Source of the DNA: Takakia lepidozioides
Taxonomy: Eukaryota > Plantae > Bryophyta
Direction: 5' to 3'
Assembly (NCBI GenBank): GCA_030704615.1
Contig: CM060734.1
Span: 56,978,001 to 57,042,000 of the forward strand
Length of the DNA: 64,000 nucleotides
Shown: positions 1 through 10,572 of the stretch, one piece after another
Layout: every line of letters starts with the position of its first letter
Numbering within the stretch: the stretch's first letter is position 1
Program-made: the position numbers and the translations under genes
Notes under the pieces: generated by a model
Seen by the model: the letters and a program-made list of their open reading frames with translations, nothing else
Database searches by the model: none
Told to the model about the DNA's origin: nothing

Positions 1-2110
1 AAGTAGTAGCACATGCATGGAGTTGGGGTTGTCTCGCAAGGGAAAAACCTGCCTCCTCCAGCATTTCAATCTCCTGAAAGCTGAGATGTGTTCCCACCTT
101 CACGGGCCAAACGGTTGGAGGAGTTGGCTTCATCACTACGGAAGGACGCACAGTTCCATGCACACATCTGGCACAATCATCTGCGTAGAACCAGAACTTG
201 TGGTTCTTGGCTTCTGGTTGACCGTATGGACGCATCAAGCCTGTGAAAGTCGGAGCAGGAGTTCGGGCACCACCTCTGGATATAGATGAAGTGCACTTCT
301 CGAAATTAGTTGCCCTGATCGCTGTACATTTCACACGAGACCCTACACTTGTGCGTTCTATGTACCAAACGTGGTCGGGGCATGTGGACTCAAGCACATC
401 AAGGGGGTTGTTTCTCTCCTGCACCATTTCAGTGGCATTGTTTGATGCTGGAGCTTGCCGTCGTGTTGGAGGTTCCTCCACAATGGAGGTTCCGGACATG
501 GAGCTGTCATGCAGGGAACACGAGGCTTCGAGAAGTTATCACGGTCTGCCCTGTGGGAATCTGAATCCGAACCAGGTGGAGTGTTCAATTTCCTCTTACA
601 GGAGCCGAATCTCTCCTCCCCTTCAGAATGTGGAACTCTAGAAACAAGTGGCGTTCCCTGGGCATACATGCTCACCGCCCGTGCTATCTTGATTGGATCC
701 CCAGATCTGTTTGCAGCACGCAACATCAACTCCCATTTGTCCGGACCCTTGCACCAACCCCACCTCGTAAGAAATCACGGTATCGGGTTTGTTGTTGCAA
801 GGCACGTATCAAATCATCTGTTGTTGCCACATACAAATCCCGACCTCGTTTCCCAGACTGCTGCAACCATGCGTTGTGCACAGTTTCTGCCAAATTGCAA
901 GATGGCATGTCCGCCATTTCCTCAATGGACATGTTCTGCAAAGAGGATAACCACACTTCAGAACAGTGCACAGGAAACAACATAAAGAAAGCAATGAGTC
1001 AAAAATATGGAAAGCAAATGTATGAATAAAGCATGAAATAGAAGCCTCGTACCATTGTCATGGCTGCTCCCCACTGTCTATACCGAAAATGCCAAAACGC
1101 CAGCCAATCTTCCAATGCTCGCATACTCTCAAGTGATGCAGCTCCAGAAGAGAACCACCATGCACGAATTGTCTGGAACAAAGTGTCCGCCTCCTTCATT
1201 GTTCTAGCATCTTTGTACTCTTTGCACAATTTACGGTGCTGAGTCTGCATCTCTGTTGATGTCATAGCCATCTCACCAGCAAAGCCAAAGACAAAGACAA
1301 GTCCAAGAGAAGGAAAAGGACAAGGGGAAGGAGAATGAAAAGGAGATGGAGAGTGGGCAGGACTTTACTGCTGGAAGATATACCCGCACTCTTTAGTGCG
1401 TGTTCGATGCCAAGCCACACCCTTCCCGTTCTGATTCAGCAGGAGAGATGAAAAGTGTTAATGAGGGTTGCTTTCGATGATGTAGAGTCGAAAGAGAGGA
1501 TACACTGGGGTGCCATCCCCTACCTGGGACAATATAATCTCATTCCTCAATCTGGTGAGAATTCCAGTTTCTTTCCTTTTTCTCTGAAAGTTTTGTTGGC
1601 AGTTTCAGTCTCGTTCTTTGAAACAATCTTGTCATCGTTCTTATAAAAACATGTCTGTTGCAGGTGAGCACAGGTCCCACCTTCGTGTGCGGTGTGCAGA
1701 AAACTTATGCGGCCGACATTGTCATTCTCGACATCCCGGATGGCAGGCTGTGCCAGAAGTTCTTCCAAAGGGCAAGACGCCAGGCTGGAACAAATTCGAG
1801 GACAACTACTGGAGTTGGGTATTCGGGTTCTGTAACAACTTCCTCTCTGATGCAGGGACACTTCTGCTTTTCAGTCATGTGACAATGATAGTCGTCGGGC
1901 ATTGGCATCATACCTCAAGTCTTCAGGGTTTGAAGTTTTGCGCACATGGAATTGTGTGAACAGCCTCTACCTTGTGAAAGGGGGTTTCCCTGGTCAGCTG
2001 GTATGCCGTCTCCCTTCTGCTTGTGCTTTGATCATGAGTTTCAATTTTCTCTGCAGCTCCACTCTAGTAGAATGTGTTATGATCGACACCGATCATCACC
2101 GATTCATGAT
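1..2110 (-). pseudogene. Degenerate Mutator (MULE)-like transposase, frameshifted, intron-containing, running off the window start
   Basis: Minus-strand fragments join into one protein: ...IRAWWFSSGAASLESMRALEDWLAFWHFRYRQWGAAMTM | phase-0 GT-AG intron 936-1052 | NMSIEEMADMPSCNLAETVHNAWLQQSG..., then TPAPTFTG...KFWFYADDCARC and PTVWPVKVGTHLSFQEIEMLEEAGF. CNLAETVH resembles the catalytic-Glu region of MULE DDE transposases. The family call is from recall. Confidence 0.5.
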
Positions 2111-2194
2111 TTTTTGTGTCTGAGTTCTGAATAGCCGATGTACACACTTCCACTATAGATTGTGTTTACCACACTAACCTGCTATCTTTGCCAG

Positions 2195-2767
2195 ACGAGG
2201 ATGTTCGAGGCGATCTGCCTGCGGAGGATTCGCACCTCAAAGACACCATCCTCCATCCGCAGCTTTGAGATTTCTGACCAGGGTTGTTTCGTCAACCCCC
2301 CCTATGAGCCCCATGTCGATGACATTTTGTACAACTTCATGCTGTCTAGTCAGACTCAGAAGAGACCAGATGGCACTCCCTGGAGAGGTGCAAAGGAAAA
2401 GTCACCAGCGTTCATGCAAATACTGCTGGAGTCATGCAGCCACCGCTCTGCACGGTGGTCGATCTTTCTGTGTCCACAGGTTCGTTTTTTCCCTTCCGAA
2501 TTGGTTTCCTTTCAACAGTTCATCTGCTTAAATCCCCCCCTCCAAACTGTTCATGTTCTCCTGTCTGGTGCAGGAGCAACTTACCATGCATGCAAGGCAG
2601 GCGGAAGAAGCCTTTTTGGCATGGAGGGTGATTCTGACCTCTACAACACAGTGCTCCTCCCCCTTTTGTCTGGCTCCACTTCAGGCACACAGACTGATCG
2701 GATTCAAATTCGAAATGATGACGATCCCGAAGATAAGCAGGTCGACAACGACTTTTCATGTGAGTAA
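2195..2767 (+). pseudogene. C-terminal part of an N4-cytosine/N6-adenine DNA methyltransferase-like (N6_N4_Mtase, beta-class) protein
   Basis: Acceptor at 2194 (ctaac branch point upstream). Reads WRGAKEKSPAFMQILLESCS, a 1-nt frameshift near 2441, PPLCTVVDLSVSTG, a phase-1 GT-AG intron 2480-2573, then ATYHACKAGGRSLFGMEGD. This matches the pattern KPxxLxxxLIxxxSxxGDxVLDPFxGSGTTxxAAxxxGRxxIGxE. Confidence 0.6.
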
Positions 2768-3239
2768 GTTCTAAACCCTCTTTGGGAGTCATACTCAATT
2801 TCTCGATAACATCAAAGTTACAGTAATAACTTTTTCAGGCTGTCTTTCAGGAAAGGCAGCAGTGGATCTTCAGGATACAGTCATTTCTGGCGAGTCTGTT
2901 TTCGACAGCCCCCTTTCCAATTTTCTGCTTCCTGTTTATGCCGAAGCAATGGCACTTCACGCGGCCGAGTCCCTATCCCCTGACTTTTTAGTGGCCAGCC
3001 GTAGGTGTATCCAGCGTGGATCCGGTGTTCTAAAAATACTTAGACTTAGATGCAGAGGAAGGGGATACATTGTACTGACTCTGAGTCAGACTGAACTGTA
3101 TTATTTTAATATTCATTTCCATATTATCTGGAAAACTTTGAATCCCCTTCCTCCACCGTAGTTGTTCCTTTAGAACAAATAATAATCACTGAATCAACTT
3201 TCGTTTAAATTGCAATATGTATGAATCCATCTCACAAAC

Positions 3240-3585
3240 CTCCCTGACTCTTCTCATATCCATTGTGCATTCATCTACACTGTATTCATTCTTGCTCCAT
3301 TCATGAATTTTTTCCTTTGTACAACATCCATTGTACATTCATCCTCTGTATTCTTTAATCCACCCCACAAACCTTCCACACTCATTTCATATACGTTGTG
3401 CATTCGTCAAAAGATTTGGTCATGCATCTTCCTGTCATGAATTTTTGTCATTGCTCAACATCCATTATACATTCATCCATTTTACTCTTATCCATCCCTC
3501 ATTCATCCATCTACATTCATTTTTCACACTCATCCATCTGTTTATCATCCAACTGTACATTCATCCATCCTTTATTCAATGCCTT
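3240..3585. repeat. Low-complexity CATTCAT/CATCCAT-rich tract
   Basis: Many degenerate cattcat/catccat/tacattc units. Confidence 0.55.
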
Positions 3586-4094
3586 TTATTATGTCGTCCA
3601 GCTTGTTTCCGCGGTAAAGGGTGCCAATCCGCGGGAATACACTCCACTTCTTTCTGGGCGCATGGTGACGCGGCCTTCACGTGTGATGACGTGGAGTGAG
3701 CCCCGTGACGTGGCATTTGCGCAAGGTGACGTGGCGTGAGCGCAGTTGCGCTCATGCGCTCACGTGACCAGGCTCACGCCGAGGCATCCCTGTACAAGCT
3801 ATGATACTGGGCGTATCCGAGGCACCGGTGCAAGAAGTATCTAGAACGTTGGATGGTACATTGCAAAACACGCCTTGAAACAATGAAGGCACAATGAGGT
3901 TCGAACGAACGACGTGGATATGGCCGCAAAGATTACTATGTCTGATCGCAGTATTGATCGCATCATTCCTGGAATTATGGACGTCATTGACTCTGCGGCA
4001 GATGAAACCATGGTTGATGAACAACGAATTGCGGATGGAATATATATATATATATATAATGGAAACTAGGGAATGCTCGAGGGTAGCCATTCAA

Positions 4095-4658
4095 ATGGAT
4101 GATGTCGATCGCGTTACAATGGAGCGAAACATTGCCATAACAACTGCATGGCGGTTGTCAAAAACATTGGAGATTCAGGCATGGGTCCCATTGAATGGCG
4201 ATTGGGAGAATTGGGTACAATGGGCGACCCACTTGGCCTTTAGAGAAGCACGGGTAGAGCGGGCATTGTCAGCCTTGCAACGAATCGCATGCATGTCAAA
4301 CCGTAGCGTGAATAGCATTTATGACAACATGCAAATATATAACGATCTCTGCAATGCATCAAGTATTTTCGCCGGGTACACCAATTGGGCAGATGTGGAT
4401 TCTATGTTCGATCGATGTGAGCACAGAATTTCGAGATCGAATAGAAACATAAACTGGGAATTGGAGATAGAAGAGGAGTGGGACACCACAACAAGGATGA
4501 GCAGTCATATCAATGCGGCGCAGAGGGAGGAGATACCATGAGGCGTTTTGTCGTCATGGATATCAGATGGCACAGTTTGTTCGATGTGCAGTAATTCATA
4601 CGACCTAGAGGGATGTCATGTGCTTGGATCATGTGGACATATGTTCCGTCTCACATGA
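4095..4658 (+). pseudogene. Disrupted gene with half of a RING-type zinc finger
   Basis: ORF 3894-4541 continues in frame past a TGA into GVLSSWISDGTVCSMCSNSYDLEGCHVLGSCGHMFRLT*, i.e. CxxC...CGHxF. Confidence 0.5.
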
Positions 4659-6449
4659 GCCAGGGGCAGGAAGAAGAAGCAGAGGGGAATCAGGTCGACG
4701 TGAGGGAGACGGGTAGTCTACCTCGTCGGCAGCCCGCAATCCTTACGGATATGTGCTTACCTAGAATGTCATACACCAATCTATCGCCGTTTCTACGAGT
4801 TGGTGGACTTGGAGGACAGGATGTTGATAGGTTTTGAATACAATCGGCACAACCTCCCATTGGATGGGCAACCACATACATTTCTGAATTGTGTGCATTG
4901 GGGCAAAAATTTGTTGTGGGATGCAAACAGAGAAATGCATGGCATACATGCCGGAAACCCAGCATAGGTTAAATCACCCCAGTATTTCTGGGTCACATCT
5001 GACTGGGAGATAACGGTACGTGCGGGAGGCATTCCCGATTGGTGGGAGAGAGAGCAGTTTTGCGATTTCCGATTGGTGGGAGAGAGAGCAGGTTGAGGTT
5101 TATCCGGCTCCCACAGGTTTCATGGGTGCCGAAACATAACGGATTGTATAACCGAGAACCGATTGAGAGACATTTTTGTTGCTGTCCGAATTGGAAGATG
5201 TTATAATATGTCAACGTCAATTGAAGGAGACGTACGAGGAGACTCTTCGTTGGGACAACACAATGATTAGGGACACGGCTCGCGATTTGTTCTAAACTGC
5301 GTAAGTGTCTTTTAAAGACTTATGTGTGACAGGCTCTACCTTTGGGATCGATTGAGTTGTTGTCATGTTACTTCCGTACAAGGGCGAGTATCAAATTTCA
5401 TTTAGTAGTCATATGCACCATGGTCTGATTCTTTGGTGGAGTGGGTAGATGGGTTTTCTTAACAAGACAAAGTAGATATACTGCAAAGTACCCAATGCCT
5501 GATTGTGACATCTGGTTCATCAAGTTCTCTTTTGATTTTCATTTCAACACTCTTACAATTGGTAAGGTTAAACCCTAAACCTCAATCAACAAAATGTACT
5601 CATATGATGTTGTTTGCCTTGTGGCCTAAACCTCGATATCTAGAATAAATAAATAAATAAATTGAAATTCAAGGGTATCATCAAGGCAGTTATAGAAGAA
5701 TGGAGGCTTCTATGGACAGACTGTTTTCATCGTGTTTTGGGGGCTTTGTTGCCGGATGTGGATGGCCTCGTTGCCGATTTGGATGCAGCCCGAGCACTTG
5801 CCGTCAATCCACCTCCGCCACGTCGTGAGAGTCTGCAAGAAAGTCAACTTTCACCGCAAAGTAGGCGGATGCTGGCCAGAAATATTGATAACATGTCATT
5901 GGGCCCATCATTGACCACGAGATCACGGTCCCAAGCTCTCCGTATTGGCAGTGCAAATTAGGCCACAACATCACATCCCTTGTCCCCGGACAGTGACGAC
6001 TAGGATTTGAATGACTAGCAACGTAGTACATAAGCAATGTGGATTTTTTTTGTTGTACCTTGAATTTCTGGAACACACTTATAGCACTCCCCCAATTTTG
6101 TATATGCACCAATTTTGTTAATACACATGTGCGGCACTTGCAAATTTCAATTGCATGAGCAGCGTTTTCTTCCGGTTTTCACTCATGTGATGGGGAAGAA
6201 GTGGTTCACCCTCAAATTTACAATGGTGTCATATTTGGTTACGACGTGTATGTGGGTATCTGCAATGAACTCCGAAAGCTTCAGAACAAAGAAAATTGTT
6301 GTTAACCAATATTGAATAAGTTATAACGAGCTACGAACGGTCGTCTTCCAAACAAATTTCGCCTAGTCTCATATTTCATAATCATTTCGAAAATTCTATC
6401 TACGTATGAAGAACATACCCACAAAGTTAACGAAACACAAAAGAATTTC

Positions 6450-8690
6450 GATTGATCTCATATTACTCTGGGACGTGTCAGATGGTATATTGGACATACT
6501 GACCAAGTCTCAAAGTGAACGAAAATCATTTGGATGGGCAACCATTCGTTGGCCCATTGAACAAATTTTATTTCATCTCATAGTACTCTGGGACCTCTTA
6601 GATGGTATATTGAACACATTGGCAAAGTCTCAAAGCGATCCAAAATCATTTTGATGGGTAACCATCCGTTGAGCCATCAAATGAATTTCATTTCATCTCA
6701 TATTAGTCCGGGACTTGCGAGAAGATGTATCAAACGTATTGGCAAACTTTGAAATCAAATAAAAATGATTTGGATAGGCAACCATCCGTTCCCCTTGTTG
6801 GATAAATTCCGTTCCATCTATTATTACTCTGGGACCTGTTGGACGGTGTTTCGCGTGCACGTGATTTTTTTTCCATTTTATTCTTGAACCACATGTCTAA
6901 TGACGGCATATGCAACGTGCGTGCCAAATTTCAGAGTGAACAAAAGTCATTATGACCCAAAACCACAGTTTATTCCCTAATTTGCACTCCAAACTTGATT
7001 TGTTTTCTGCTTCATGCACTCTTCATAGAGAATTCTGCAATAGTGAGCGAAGAGTTTATTATTATTATTATTTTTCATTTTTGTTTAGTCCAGTTTTTTG
7101 CAGGGATGTAGCGGTGTGAGGGTCAAAGCCATAGAACAAAATTGAGCCAAGAATAAAATTGTTACGTAGCAAAAAAAACCCCAATCAAAGACAGTGTAAA
7201 CCTAATTATTTACTTGAAATTCATTTAAAATCAATTAAATTCTAAATTGGTTGAAAGACGAGGGCGTGGTTGGGGAGGCAAATGATTGTTTCTTTTGTTG
7301 TATCTCCGCACATATGTTGCACACATATTCAAGCACATGCAGGCAAAAGATTGGTCTGAACCTCATCCGTTCAATGGGTGCATTAGTCATTCACTTATGA
7401 GATGATTTCTTTTTTCCAATGAACAAAATTGGATGCCACGTGAACGCCTATTTGGCCCATTGAACGAATTTTGATTGATCTACTCTGGGAACTGTCAGAT
7501 GGTACATTGGACATACTGGCCGAGTCTCGAAGCGAACGAAAATCATTTGGATGGGTAACCATCCATTGGCTCATTGGATGAATTTCGTTTCATCTCATAT
7601 TACTCTGGGATGTTACATGGAACACACTGACAAAGTCTCAAAGCGAACCAAAATCATTTCCAAAAATTTCCAACCAACGTGGCAAAAAATATAGGGTGTA
7701 ATTTATTCAGAAAAGATAAAAATTAAAATATATTTAAAAGTAATTTAAATTAATATAGGGTCTAAAATAATGCTCTATTTAAAAATTAAAAAAATTACTA
7801 TAGGGTAGAGATAATACATATGAAAAATTTCAAAAATATATACATGTTGTTATGGGAAGGATATAGATAATTGTATGTAGCTTACTGGTACCTGACAGCC
7901 ACATCATCGTGAGATCATATCAGATGTATGATTGTATTTTGTCCAGAGGGTATCCACAACACAATCCTCCTCAGTCGAGGCAGCTCTGCGAAGAAATGGA
8001 GCTAAGGGGGGTCGCAAGCCTATTGATCTCATAAATAAACCAACCACACCAGTTATGGTGTTATTAAACTATTTCTCAAAATCTAGAGGACAATTTAAAT
8101 TCAAATATGATCATACCGACAACAAGTCGGTAGATGTAGACTCAATTATTAATTCAGTCACTATGACTTTTGATAGAACGCAAAACGTTTATACTTTGAA
8201 TGCTTATGATGCGAATGGTTTAAATGAATTTATTTCAACCAAATAATAAATTCATTTGTCTTGTAAAAAAAAAACTTTTATTGTATTATTAATATAGGGT
8301 GTCTAATATTTGTTTGAAACAAAAAATTATAATTAAAATAGCATGCCAAAAATTCACCATATTACAAAATTATGTAATTATAGGATACTAAAAAATACCC
8401 AAAGTAAAAGTAATACCCCCCTACAAAATACCCATTTATCTCACGTGCCCTATACAAGTGATATGGAGTGACTTCCCCGGGAATCATTTCGATGGGCAAC
8501 CATCCATTCAGCCATCGAATGAATTTCGTTTCATCTCATATTAGTCCAGGACCTGATACATGGTATATTGAACATAGTGACAAAATTTAAAAACAAATGA
8601 AAATCATTTGGATGCCCAACCAGTTATCATTTGATCGCCCATTAAATGAATTTTGTCTCGTCTCATATAAAATCGAGACCTGTTACATGA
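6450..8690. repeat. ~120-bp tandem repeat family in three blocks (~6450-6840, ~7420-7660, ~8482-8690), probably subterminal repeats of a DNA transposon
   Basis: The unit atctcatattactctgggac...aaaatcatttggatgggcaaccatcc recurs at ~6454, 6575, 6695, 6816, 7592 and 8533. Confidence 0.75.
7661..8481 (+). mobile_element. AT-rich insertion with a 9-bp target-site duplication, carrying a TE-like ORF fragment (7932-8246)
   Basis: aatcatttc at 7652-7660 and 8482-8490 splits one 120-bp repeat unit. No clear TIR. Confidence 0.5.
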
Positions 8691-8784
8691 TATGCCTTTT
8701 TAAGCGTAGTGTCTCCTACTTCGTAATGCGGTGCTTATCCATGTTCACTTTATCCAATCTGTCGATGTTCTCCATCTGGAACCG

Positions 8785-8911
8785 ATCCACACATGTCTAC
8801 AGAAATCCTTAAATAACCAAATGACCATCGCAACTTTTGCAAGTGTCATCCCCAGCTTCAAATTTTGATGGTCATTTGGTTTTCTGAGTATTTCTATACA
8901 CATGTATGGAT
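8785..8911. repeat. Long imperfect inverted repeat (MITE-like hairpin)
   Basis: tccacacatgtctacagaaatccttaaataaccaaatgaccatc pairs with gatggtcatttggttttctgagtatttctatacacatgtatgga. Confidence 0.7.
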
Positions 8912-8912
8912 A

Positions 8913-9734
8913 TGTGTCGCGCACCTTACTTCGGTAAGCTCCCCTTCAAGTCATAGTTACTCACTTTGATGCGCGCGCCTGACTCCCAACCTGGCCGCCG
9001 GGCCAACTTGGAGCTTCGGCTGCTCACCGGGACATAACGGTCCCCCCCTTCGATCTCCCACTAAACCCTCCACCTATTTGGGCCTAGTGGAATTCCCTTT
9101 GGTAGATGGCAGTCCGGAACAGCTCCCCACTCTTTGGTCGCTTTCCGGCTCGTTCGCTTACTCACTAGTTTTTGGTCACCAACGGGCTTGCACCGTTCTC
9201 GGGGTCACTACTCCCCTTATATATACTTCTGTAGCTGTCCGCGGGGGTTTCACAACCAGCCATGCCATTTTATGGCGAACCACCACGAAAACCCTCGACT
9301 CTCGGTGATGAGTCGCGATGAGTCTTGGCCCACTCACCACGGCCCCTATGGACCGTGATGAGTCCCAAGACTCCCCACGACTCCCACCACGAGGTCTCCG
9401 CCCCCATGGTGAGTCCTATGCCACCCCCACTAAGTCCCGCTAAGCTACCACCACCCCTTGTGGAGCCACCCCCACCGCAACCCTGTGTGCGGGGCTCCAC
9501 CTAGTGAGCGCCTCCGCCTCCTTGAGTGCCTTGGGCACTCAAGGGTGCTTCAGCCCCCCATACCTATCGCTGCCACTGCCCCCACCACAGGGGCAGCCCC
9601 TCATGTGTCCCGACCCCCTGCCCTCAAGGCAAAGGGCCGCGACACCATACCTATCGCTGCCGCTGCCCCCACCACAGGGGCAGCCCCTCATGTGTCTCGA
9701 CCCCGCTGCCCTCAAGGCAAAGGGCCGCGACACA
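8913..9734. mobile_element. Possible solo LTR or LTR remnant with a terminal ~88-bp tandem duplication
   Basis: Ends tgtgtcgcg...cgcgacaca (9-bp inverted repeat, TG..CA). TATA-like sequence near 9218. Duplicated unit at ~9558 and ~9646. No TSD found. Confidence 0.4.
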
Positions 9735-10121
9735 CACCCCTATCAACAGGGAGTCGATGTCCTCATCGACTTGTCCATTTTGTAGAAATGAACATCCAAG
9801 TTGTGGCGTCCCACATCAAGGAGTTTGTTTCCGTACCATGGCGTCCCATGGCAAAGAACCAAACCCCACACTTGACTCTACTCTCCACTATCTAGTTCGG
9901 CCGACTTCCTCCAAGTCCCGGCCAAGGGTGGAGCCTCTCCAGCTCCTCCCAGTGCACTCTTCTTGGCCTACTTCAAGGCCAAGGAACGATCCTCCCCGAG
10001 GATCAAATCGCCTTACTGCAACAACATTGCTTGCGACCGCTCATGATGCCGGTTTTGGCATCACCTTGAGCAAGGGTTCACCTGGAACCCTCTTTGACTA
10101 GGAAGATAACCTTGAACCAAC

Positions 10122-10554
10122 TGTGCGCCCCAATCACTACAATTGGGTCCGCCTTGGAATGCTAGCCTGAGGTACAGGAACACGCCGAAGCCGCACTACG
10201 ACTTCGTCCCGAGGCTACACGATTATAGTACGTGAACGGAAGTACGTAGCTTCCGTGTTAGCCTGCACTACAAGGCAACCCCCTCGGTAGCGCAGTTATA
10301 GTACGCGCACGCGCCAGGTGCGCACTAGCACGTGAACTCCCAAAGAAGGCGCAAGTTTCCTTGCCCCTTGGATGGGGGTCACCCGATTTCGGCACTACGC
10401 AAACACACGATTAACCCAATTTACCTCTCCCACTTTTATAAGCTAGCATGCATCCTACACACTAGCCAAGTTATTATAACATTATAACACGTTTTGTACA
10501 ATACAAGTTTTTGCAATCGGATTCCTAAGTTAGCTAAGCCGGGCTAAGCATGCA
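10122..10554 (-). mobile_element. LTR of the Gypsy chromovirus (~433 bp)
   Basis: TG...CA ends. Immediately preceded on the minus strand by a polypurine tract. TATAAAA on the minus strand near 10440. Followed by a TGG-starting PBS-like sequence. Confidence 0.65.
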
Positions 10555-10572
10555 TTTCCTCCCCCACGCTCC
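10555..10572 (-). promoter_or_regulatory. Polypurine tract (plus-strand priming site)
   Basis: GGAGCGTGGGGGAGGAAA on the minus strand, directly 5' of the LTR TG and after the chromodomain. Confidence 0.75.

Noticed and set aside
5568-5582. aaaccctaaacc telomere-like motif
   Set aside because: Fewer than two units, not an array.
9458-10101. Pro-rich ORFs up to 191 aa
   Set aside because: They arise from a C-rich tandem duplication in LTR-like DNA and show no protein motif.
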